From assembly GCF_058153355.1 (NCBI RefSeq), contig NZ_CM177019.1: a stretch of DNA of 64,000 nt; one strand, 5' to 3'. The first letter of the stretch is position 1. The number at the start of each line of letters is the position of its first letter. The position numbers and the translations under genes are program-made. The notes below the pieces were generated by a model. That model saw only the letters and a program-made list of their open reading frames with translations, ran no database searches and had not been told where the DNA came from. This document shows, in pieces, positions 28,544 to 36,036 of this stretch.

Positions 28544-28746
28544 TGCAGTCTGACTGGCATCCTGCCGACATTATCGCCGGGCTGAAAAAACGTGGCACTT
28601 CGCTGTCAGCGCTTTCGCGTCAGGCTGGGCTGGCGTCCTCCACGCTGGCTAATGCGCTTACCCGCCGCTGGCCCAAAGGTGAAAGATTGATTGCCGAAGC
28701 GTTAGATGTTGCGCCTGAGAACATCTGGCCTTCGCGCTATCGCTGA
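28540..28746 (+). CDS. Ner/Nlp-family HTH DNA-binding protein
   Basis: MMQSDWHPADIIAGLKKRGTSLSALSRQAGLASSTLANAL...WPSRY resembles Nlp/Ner; start placed at internal Met of ORF 28486-28746. Confidence 0.6.
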   Translation: MMQSDWHPADIIAGLKKRGTSLSALSRQAGLASSTLANALTRRWPKGERLIAEALDVAPENIWPSRYR

Positions 28747-28892
28747 TGTCCTTCCGGCGCAGCCACGATACGGAAGCTGCGCCGCATTTCGTTTATCTGA
28801 TTTGTCATAATCCTTTGAACCGCAAAAACAGTTTTCTATTATCGGCCTTCTTACCACGAACTAAGCTCCCGCCTGTACAAAATGCTTCATGA

Positions 28893-28920
28893 CCTGAAAG
28901 AAGCGCCTGATGTATCAGGA
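28893..28920 (+). repeat. imperfect direct repeat copy 1 (CCTGAAAGAAGCGCCTG...TATCAGGA) upstream of pemI
   Basis: About 30 bp shared with a second copy at 29862-29889. Confidence 0.45.
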
Positions 28921-29093
28921 TGGTCGCCGTTTTACCGGCAATGCCGCCTTTGAAAACTGCCGGATCTGTCCTTCGATGGATTAAGGCTTTCTTCATACTT
29001 TATTACGCTAAGGAAATCACAATGAATCTGATGAATAATTGTGCATCGCCTGCCGTAGATGTTATATTAAAATATAATATTCGGAGGTGCTCT

Positions 29094-29351
29094 ATGTATA
29101 CAACTCGCCTGAAAAAGGTCGGCGGATCCATCATGCTGGCGGTTCCCCCCGCCGTGCTGAAAACGCTGGAGCTGTCGACGGACAGCGAAGTGGGTATGAC
29201 CATTGATAATGGCTGCCTGATTATTGAACCCCAGAAACGGCCCCGTTATTCGCTTGAGGAGCTGTTGGCGCAGTGCGATCCGCACGCAGAAATGAGCGAA
29301 GAGGATCGGGAATGGATTGATGCGCCTGCGGTGGGCAAGGAGATCCTGTAA
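29094..29351 (+). CDS. pemI: PemI/MazE-family antitoxin
   Basis: MYTTRLKKVGGSIMLAVPPAVLK...YSLEELLAQCDP closely resembles plasmid R100 PemI; start at internal Met of ORF 28920-29351. Confidence 0.8.
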   Translation: MYTTRLKKVGGSIMLAVPPAVLKTLELSTDSEVGMTIDNGCLIIEPQKRPRYSLEELLAQCDPHAEMSEEDREWIDAPAVGKEIL

Positions 29352-29684
29352 ATGGACAGAGGGGAAATCTGGCTGGTTTCACTGGATCCGATTGCAGGTC
29401 ACGAGCAAAGCGGAAAACGTCCGGTGCTTATCGTATCGAAGGCATCGTTTAACAAGCTGACCCGGCTACCCGTTGTTGTTCCCGTTACCAGCGGTGGAAA
29501 CTTCGCCCGTGCAGCCGGTTTTACCGTCTCACTGGACGGTGCGGGAACAAAAACAACGGGCGTTATTCGCTGCGACCAGCCCAGAACCATTGATATGGGA
29601 GCCCGGAGCGGAAAGCGACTGGAACGTATACCCGATGCTGTCGTGAATGAAGTGCTGGCCCGACTGGAGGCCATTCTGAGCTGA
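29352..29684 (+). CDS. pemK: PemK/MazF-family toxin
   Basis: MDRGEIWLVSLDPIAGHEQSGKRPVLIVS...LPVVVPVTSGGNFARAAGF closely resembles PemK. Confidence 0.85.
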   Translation: MDRGEIWLVSLDPIAGHEQSGKRPVLIVSKASFNKLTRLPVVVPVTSGGNFARAAGFTVSLDGAGTKTTGVIRCDQPRTIDMGARSGKRLERIPDAVVNEVLARLEAILS

Positions 29685-29861
29685 TGCTTTTTATGTAAAC
29701 TGAATGATGGCGCTGTCATATACAGCGCCATCATTTTTTATAACGACAAGTGATTAAAAAATCCTTTTGCAGGTAAAAACAGTTTTTCCTTTCTCCGCCA
29801 GCGGTACTGGCATAGTCTCCCCCTTGCCCTATGCTGTCGTTGACAGCGCCACGCTTCACAA

Positions 29862-29889
29862 CCTGAAAGAAGCGCCTGTTATCAGGAGG
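29862..29889 (+). repeat. imperfect direct repeat copy 2, downstream of pemK
   Basis: Matches 28893-28920 with a few mismatches; partial similarity extends ~40 bp further. Confidence 0.45.
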
Positions 29890-30119
29890 TTGAGCCCTTT
29901 ACCGGTGCAGACCTTTGCAAACACCGGGTCGCAGAACATCGCGACGGAGGCCAGAGTTTTAACACGATACGTCCTTTTACTGCGCCAGCCTGCTGGTCTG
30001 AATCTGCCCCGCGCCGGAATTTTCCCGGTCAGCTTATATTTGCTGACACCCTCAGCACCTTTTACCTCACGGGCTGCGGCATGCATTTGCCGCAAGGCAT
30101 TTGCTGACGCGTGCCCGTA

Positions 30120-30250
30120 AAACTGCACCAGACGGTAAATTTTCAGACGCTGCACCAGACCCGTGCGTCACTTTAACCGCGCAGAGCGGGAAAGTGACGC
30201 ACGCAATCCCTTTCGACCTGCACCAGAAAACTCAACTGCGCCAGCTCACG
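30120..30250 (-). repeat. array of CTGCACCAG/CTGCGCCAG motifs upstream of the recombinase gene
   Basis: At least four copies near 30123, 30149, 30220 and 30238, in opposite orientation to the array at 31618-31881. Confidence 0.45.
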
Positions 30251-30535
30251 GCTGGAGTCTGACACCGCCTTTTCAGGCCATTTACCTATAAGGAGAACAT
30301 GAATCGATACCGAGGCGGATCCGGACGATCCGGGGGATAACCCGCGCAAGCGGGCGGCTGCTCAGAGAGCACAACCGAAGCCCCACCACACCTCAACGGC
30401 TGCCGCCCCGGCGCTCAGGTATCGTTCGCAGCCCCGACAAAAAAACAGGGGCTATCGGCCTGTGCGCCGGGGAAAGCTGTATCAGTGTTGGTTTTTTGGG
30501 GGATGAGTTTGCGGCAATCATGAAAAGGGGAATGT

Positions 30536-31423
30536 ATGGGGATACTGGAGCAGGAAATGACGCGACTGGCGCAGCAGGCGGGTGGCAGCTACAAAACTGT
30601 GGATGACCGCATCAGGCTGGCGCAGCGGTTTTGTGAGCGTCTGGTTCTGGCGCAGAACGTACAAATCCGCCGGGTGGAGCAGCTTAAGGCGCGGCATATT
30701 GAAGGCTATGTTCGTGAACGGCTGGCGCAGGGCATCACAAAGCGTTCCCTGCAAAATGAGATGGCGGCGGTGCGCTGCATTCTGAAACAGGCCGGGCGTG
30801 ACAGGCTGGCGCAGAGTGAGCGGCTGAATAACCGCTCGCTGGGATTGTCCGGAGCATCCCGTAACGGGACGAAGCTGGCTATTACACTGGAGCACTATCG
30901 TGATGTGCTGGAGACCGCCCGCGTAAAAGATCCGGGGCTGGCGGCAGCGCTGGAGCTCTCAAGGTTGATGGGATTACGTTCGCAGGAGGCGGTGCAGAGT
31001 GTACAGTCGCTGAAAACGTGGATACAGGCGCTGGAGCGTGGTGAGTCCCGGTTAACCGTGGTGTTCGGCACCAAAGGCGGACGGCCCCGCGAGACGATTA
31101 TTCTTGATGCTGGCGTAGTTAAAAAAGCGCTGGATAATGCGCTGGTGGTGGCTGAGGATCGTCACGGCAGGCTGATAGATAAGCCCGATCTGAGAAGCGC
31201 GATGAAATACTGGCACAGCCAGGCGTCGGGTCTTGGTTTAACTGGCGCATATTCCCCGCACTCGTTGCGCTATGCCTGGGCGCAGGATGCTATTCGTCAT
31301 TATCTGGCGCAGGGATTTTGTGAGAAGGAAGCGCTGGCGATGACGGCGATGGATTTGGGTCACGGCGACGGGCGCGGGCGGTATGTGGCGCAGGTTTACG
31401 GGCGAAAGGGGGATGCTGATTGA
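30536..31423 (+). CDS. small tyrosine recombinase/integrase-family protein
   Basis: 295 aa; C-terminal HSLRYAWAQ box and candidate nucleophile in GRGRYVAQVYG; LAQ-rich N-terminal domain. Confidence 0.5.
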   Translation: MGILEQEMTRLAQQAGGSYKTVDDRIRLAQRFCERLVLAQNVQIRRVEQLKARHIEGYVRERLAQGITKRSLQNEMAAVRCILKQAGRDRLAQSERLNNRSLGLSGASRNGTKLAITLEHYRDVLETARVKDPGLAAALELSRLMGLRSQEAVQSVQSLKTWIQALERGESRLTVVFGTKGGRPRETIILDAGVVKKALDNALVVAEDRHGRLIDKPDLRSAMKYWHSQASGLGLTGAYSPHSLRYAWAQDAIRHYLAQGFCEKEALAMTAMDLGHGDGRGRYVAQVYGRKGDAD

Positions 31424-31446
31424 TAGCTTCAGACTTGCAATATGAT

Positions 31447-32005
31447 GTTATTCATCGTTTTCCGTACAAAATTATTTGCCTCAAATAATTTTGGGTGATT
31501 TCCTATTAATCCCGGGTTATTCATCGTTATTCACCGAAAAAATTTCTACGTAGAAATTTTTTGTTCGATTTCCTCTCAATAAAAATGCTTCTGAACGGTA
31601 TGGCCTATTAACAGGCCTCTGGTGCAGTATTACGGTATTTTACTGATGATTGCGCCAGCAAAAGGAAAAGGCCAAATAATGGTAAAGGGCGACTAAGGGT
31701 AACAGCGCCAGACCGGAAAGGGCCAAAAGGCTAAAAGGCCTTAACACTGGCGCAGTTTGATGTTTATCCAATAATATCTGGCGCAGTCCTGACATAGACA
31801 GGTGACAGCGGACTGGTGCAGTAAATGGTGACATTGAACTGGTGCGGATACGATGTATTGGGAAATCAGTTTCTGGTGCAGATTATCTGGCAGCTATCGT
31901 CTGGAGATTATTCACTGTGAATAATTTTCGTTATTTGCCTATTGATTCATAATATATTGATAGGTTTTCGTACAAAATTATTCTACGTCGAATAATTTTG
32001 TACGC
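31447..32005. promoter_or_regulatory. cluster of perfect palindromes (candidate operators or recombination sites)
   Basis: CAAAATTATTTG-CCT-CAAATAATTTTG (~31466-31492); 24-bp AAAAATTTCTACGTAGAAATTTTT (~31539-31565); ATTATTCAC-T-GTGAATAAT (~31907-31925); GTACAAAATTATTC...GAATAATTTTGTAC (~31969-32002). Confidence 0.5.
31618..31881 (+). repeat. array of CTGGYGCAG direct repeats at ~26-35 bp spacing
   Basis: Copies near 31618, 31747, 31778, 31813, 31839 and 31873. Confidence 0.5.
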
Positions 32006-32055
32006 TTTCCGATTAATAACCCAAAAGTTGAAGATAAATCCTTTCAATGTAAAAA

Positions 32056-32088
32056 GCAGATCCGGATTCAATCGGGATCTGCTTTTTC
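32056..32088. terminator. bidirectional hairpin terminator between recombinase region and integrase 3' end
   Basis: AAAAAGCAGATCCGGATTCAATCGGGATCTGCTTTTT: 10-bp stem flanked by A-run and T-run. Confidence 0.55.
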
Positions 32089-32116
32089 ATTCTTAACAAA
32101 TCATATTGCTACTGGC

Positions 32117-33379
32117 TCAGGCCGCCTTATGCCGTCGCGCATAAATATACGGCGCAACGTATCCCTCGCGGCTCACGTCCAGATAATCCGACCACCACTG
32201 CATCATGGCTGTACGGGCGTCAAGATGTTCAGCCCGGTGGATATACGCCGCCCGAACGCTGTTGCGCTCCTGATGACTTATCTGCCGCTCCACCGCATCC
32301 CGTGACCAGAGCTCAGATTCCACTAATGCGCTACAGGCCATTGCCCGGAAGCCATGCCCGCAAACGTCAGTTTTAGTATCGTAACCTATCAGACGCAGCG
32401 CCCGGTTGATGGTGTTTTCACTCATCGGTTTATACGGGTTATGGTCGCCGGGGAACACCAGTTCCAGATGGCCGGAAATTTCGTGTATCTGCTTCAGAAT
32501 GGCAATAGCCTGTCGGGAAAGTGGCACAATATGTGGGGTGCGCATTTTCGCGCCGCGACCAGAGAAACGGACTTTCTCAATCGCTTCCCTTGTGGCGGGG
32601 ATGATCCAGATTTTGTTTCTGAAATCTATCTCACCCCAGCGGGCAAAGCGCAGCTCGCTGGAACGGATAAACAGGTGGAGAGTCAACACCACCGCCAGCC
32701 TCGTAAGCTGTCGTCCCTGCCGATAGTCGCCAATGCGCTCAAACAATTCGGGCAACCGCTCCAGCGGCAGAGCGGGATAGTGATTCTTAACCGGCGGCGC
32801 GGTGACGCCTTCCAGATGCTGCGCCGGGTTGTTTTCGGTCAGTCCCTGCTGAACGGCGTAACGCATGATGTTGCAGAGTTGCTGCCGGGTACGGGACGCG
32901 ACTTCCAGAAAACCTTTATCCTCAATAACCCGCAGTAACGCAGTGAAATGCTGCGTTTTCAGCGTGGTAACGGGCAGATGGCCAATAGCCGGAAATATAT
33001 GGTTATTCATGCTGGCGAGAATGCGCTCTGCATAATCAGGCGACCACTTTTTGTTGGTTTTGTGCCATGCAAGCGCTACAGCTTTAAAACACTTTTCCGG
33101 TGAAGTGGCGGCTTTTTCATCCATGCGTTGTTGGGCGGGGTTGATATTCTGCGCCAGTAGCTTGCGGATAGCATCGCGCTGTTGCCGGGCTTCAGCGAGA
33201 GAAATCAGCGGATATGCGCCCAGACTGACGCGGGACTCTTTACCACCGAAGCGATACTTGAGATACCAGATACGTGAACCGCCGGGATTGACCAGCAAAT
33301 ACAGACCGTGTGAATCAGACAGTTTGACGGGTTTGGAAGAGGGTTTTAAGTTACGGATTTTTGAATCGTTTAAAGACAT
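32117..33379 (-). CDS. int: P4-type tyrosine integrase
   Basis: ORF 32117-33481; start placed at MSLNDSKIRNLKPSSKPVKLSDSHGLYLLVNPGGSRIWYLKY, a P4-integrase-like N-terminus; adjacent to tRNA-Asn. Confidence 0.8.
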   Translation of the reverse strand: MSLNDSKIRNLKPSSKPVKLSDSHGLYLLVNPGGSRIWYLKYRFGGKESRVSLGAYPLISLAEARQQRDAIRKLLAQNINPAQQRMDEKAATSPEKCFKAVALAWHKTNKKWSPDYAERILASMNNHIFPAIGHLPVTTLKTQHFTALLRVIEDKGFLEVASRTRQQLCNIMRYAVQQGLTENNPAQHLEGVTAPPVKNHYPALPLERLPELFERIGDYRQGRQLTRLAVVLTLHLFIRSSELRFARWGEIDFRNKIWIIPATREAIEKVRFSGRGAKMRTPHIVPLSRQAIAILKQIHEISGHLELVFPGDHNPYKPMSENTINRALRLIGYDTKTDVCGHGFRAMACSALVESELWSRDAVERQISHQERNSVRAAYIHRAEHLDARTAMMQWWSDYLDVSREGYVAPYIYARRHKAA

Positions 33380-33540
33380 TTGGGGGTCACTCCAGAATCG
33401 AACCAACCTGACCCCAAATCTGACCACCAAATTAACCGGATGCGGAGGGAAAACTGAATACGCATCTGGAAAGATTTTCACGCTAACTTATTGAATCAAT
33501 ATCAAATAAAGACTAATAAGGTAGCGTAAGAATCGAAATT

Positions 33541-33616
33541 TGGCTCCTCTGACTGGACTCGAACCAGTGACATACGGATTAACAGTCCGCCGTTCTACCG
33601 ACTGAACTACAGAGGA
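33541..33616 (-). tRNA. asnT: tRNA-Asn (GUU), island integration target
   Basis: Exact reverse complement of the 76-nt tRNA-Asn at 1688-1763; symbol by synteny with yeeJ and mtfA. Confidence 0.9.
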
Positions 33617-33623
33617 ATCGTGT

Positions 33624-33652
33624 GAACGAGGCGCATATTACTTAGCGGTACC
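33624..33652 (-). promoter_or_regulatory. sigma70-like promoter for asnT (TTGACA-17 bp-TAATAT)
   Basis: Minus strand reads TTGACAGACAAGGTACCGCTAAGTAATATGCGCCTC just upstream of the tRNA. Confidence 0.5.
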
Positions 33653-33716
33653 TTGTCTGTCAACACCAAATTTCATAAGTTATTTCAACTGGTTAATTAA
33701 TCTGCAAACTTGTTAA

Positions 33717-34514
33717 TTAATGAACATTCGTCGCCGAAAACGAGTCTGTATCATTAGCGTGATGCAGTCTCTGCAAAGGATCTTGTTGATAAAATTGGCA
33801 GAAACGTTGCCACAATGAAGGGAAACGAGGAGCAAAAAGTTCTGGGGCGCTAAAGAAATATTCAGAAAGTACAGCAAAACACTCAGCAGGATCACTGGCA
33901 GCATAAGCATCAATGCTCGCCGCATTCTCGCCAACCAATTCGATTTCTTCCTGAATATTGTTCATTGCAGCATGAAGATCGTGTTCCCAGCCAGCAACCT
34001 CACGCAACGGAATAAAGGGAACTCCGCTGGCGCGATCGCCGTTACGGGTGTCCAGCTTATGAGCGACTTCATGAATAATCAGGTTAAAACCAGAAGCATC
34101 AAAAGAATCTTGTATATCCAACCAGTTCAAAACGATAGGCCCTTGCTGCCAGCTCTGACCTGACTGAACAATACGTTGGTTATGCACCAGACCGATATCG
34201 TCTTCCCATTCGTCATCGACCACAAATGGCGCAGGATAAATTAAGACTTCATGAAAACCATCCAGCCATTCCAGTCCTAACTCCAGAACGGGCAGGCAAA
34301 ATAGAAGTGCTATCCGGCAGCTTCTTAATGAATCCAGCTCAAAGCCCTGTAAGGGAACAAGCCGTTTTTGCTGTAAAAAACGTTCAGCAAGAGTGACTAG
34401 TTTCCTTTGTTCCTGTTCTGTCAGGCACGTTAAAAGGGGAATCGATAGTGCTTCCTGCCAGGGAAGGGCAGTTTGATGTGCTGATTCTTGTACTTTCCAG
34501 GGCCACTTAATCAT
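33717..34514 (-). CDS. mtfA: Mlc titration factor A (zinc-dependent peptidase fold)
   Basis: ORF 33717-34553; start placed at [28 protein letters not shown] motif IIHEVAHKL. Confidence 0.85.
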   Translation of the reverse strand: MIKWPWKVQESAHQTALPWQEALSIPLLTCLTEQEQRKLVTLAERFLQQKRLVPLQGFELDSLRSCRIALLFCLPVLELGLEWLDGFHEVLIYPAPFVVDDEWEDDIGLVHNQRIVQSGQSWQQGPIVLNWLDIQDSFDASGFNLIIHEVAHKLDTRNGDRASGVPFIPLREVAGWEHDLHAAMNNIQEEIELVGENAASIDAYAASDPAECFAVLSEYFFSAPELFAPRFPSLWQRFCQFYQQDPLQRLHHANDTDSFSATNVH

Positions 34515-34607
34515 CGTTTTGCTCGCAAACTCGTCACTTGAACAAAATTGCACGGACAGGGACTGTTAAAATGCCAAATTTCCTGGCATCATGGCAACCA
34601 TCTGAAC

Positions 34608-34697
34608 GGAGAGATGCCGGAGCGGCTGAACGGACCGGTCTCGAAAACCGGAGTGGGGGCAACTCCACCGGGGGTTCAAATCCCCCTCTCTCCGCCA
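34608..34697 (+). tRNA. serU: tRNA-Ser (CGA)
   Basis: 90-nt GGAGAGATGCCGGAGCGGCTGAACGGACCGGTCTCGAAAACCGG...TCTCCGCCA with long variable arm and CGA anticodon. Confidence 0.85.
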
Positions 34698-34749
34698 AAA
34701 TTCAATCAATTACACATCATTAAGTCAGTGACAAAAATCACACTTGGAA

Positions 34750-35775
34750 TTACTTGGAATATTTTCTTGGAATATTTTCAGGTAACGGGACATCAAGTGT
34801 CGGTGAAACTTTAACCTTCCTGTCATAGATTAGCACTTGCCCCTCGGTTTTGTGACCAGAGAAAAGTTGCTTATCCCGACTGCTTCCTTCATAGTCTGAA
34901 ATTCCTTTCGCCTTCAGATCATGAAAGGTGAAGTCGGTTAAAATACCTGAAATTTTGCCTGCGCGATTTCTTGCTTCTACCCACATTTCGTTAAAGCCTT
35001 TGTACATATATCGGTTGCCGTATTGATTGCTGATTACATAGGCGGATGTTGGTAACTGTTTTGCTTTTTCGATCGCCGCCTGTAATCGTGGACTCCATGC
35101 TTTTATCTGTTTTTTCCCTGTTTTCCCTTGCTGGATAAAGATCCCGTCGTTTCCAATCTGCTCCCATTTCAGCGATAACACATCGGAAACCCTCGCTGCA
35201 CACAGATAGGCAATTTCCATTGCGATAAAAACAGGAAGAGGTGCAACGCTTAATACTGCCTGGTATTCTTTGTCGGTTACATATCGTTCCCGGTTTTTGG
35301 CCTTGAATTTACTTACACCTGCACATGGGTTAGCCTTCACGTACCCTCGCTCATACCCCCAACTGTAAACGCGGGACATACTGCTTTTTTCATGGTTGGC
35401 TTGCGTTTTACTCTGTTCCCCTCTCTTGTCCATGTATCGACGGATGTGTTCTGGTTTTATGGAATCTGCCGGCACCTTACCGAATACGGCAAGCAACTTT
35501 TTTTGATGTTGCAGATAATCTTTTTGTGTTCTTGGACTGAGGTCACTGTAATAGGCGCTGGCGAGGAATTTTTCCCACAAGCGACCGAATGTCATTGCAC
35601 GATCGCGATTATTTACAGTTTCCTCATACTTTTTCCATAAAGCAGCTAAACCATCCTTGATGGCGGTTAGTGTTACAGATTCTCTGGATGTTGGTTTCCA
35701 TACATAACTATATTTATTTGGGTATACATTTGGAGGTAATTTTTCGTGTTCAGGATTTTTCCTTCGTCTTCCCAT
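34750..35775 (-). CDS. int: phage tyrosine integrase
   Basis: 341-aa ORF abutting the tRNA-Ser 3' end with an excisionase immediately upstream. Confidence 0.75.
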   Translation of the reverse strand: MGRRRKNPEHEKLPPNVYPNKYSYVWKPTSRESVTLTAIKDGLAALWKKYEETVNNRDRAMTFGRLWEKFLASAYYSDLSPRTQKDYLQHQKKLLAVFGKVPADSIKPEHIRRYMDKRGEQSKTQANHEKSSMSRVYSWGYERGYVKANPCAGVSKFKAKNRERYVTDKEYQAVLSVAPLPVFIAMEIAYLCAARVSDVLSLKWEQIGNDGIFIQQGKTGKKQIKAWSPRLQAAIEKAKQLPTSAYVISNQYGNRYMYKGFNEMWVEARNRAGKISGILTDFTFHDLKAKGISDYEGSSRDKQLFSGHKTEGQVLIYDRKVKVSPTLDVPLPENIPRKYSK

Positions 35776-35978
35776 CAGATCGCACCAAAATTCGGCTCTA
35801 CCTTGCGTGGTGGTAAAGTTTTATTGCAGGTAAATAGATCCCGGCTGACAATCGGTTTGCCACTACGATTGGTATAGAACGGAAGCCCGTTTTCCATTAA
35901 CCATTTTCGCTGGTGGCTTGCATATTTGCAGCCCGTTAATATTAGCAATTCATCTTCGGTTAAAAATAAGCTGCTCAT
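35775..35978 (-). CDS. xis: excisionase (Xis)
   Basis: 67-aa ORF overlapping the integrase start. Confidence 0.6.
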   Translation of the reverse strand: MSSLFLTEDELLILTGCKYASHQRKWLMENGLPFYTNRSGKPIVSRDLFTCNKTLPPRKVEPNFGAI

Positions 35979-36036
35979 AGCTATATCTCATAACCGCCGC
36001 TAACTATATGCGGTTAGCGGCGAGCAGGGTTGAACA

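Noticed and set aside
31640-31834. 64-aa minus-strand ORF inside the iteron array
   Set aside because: Overlaps the regularly spaced CTGGYGCAG repeats and lacks a ribosome-binding site; the region reads better as regulatory DNA.
16197-33616. Expected a siderophore or polyketide pathogenicity island at the asn tRNA site
   Set aside because: No non-ribosomal peptide or polyketide synthase-like ORFs are present; the cargo is defence-like, toxin-antitoxin and mobile-element genes.
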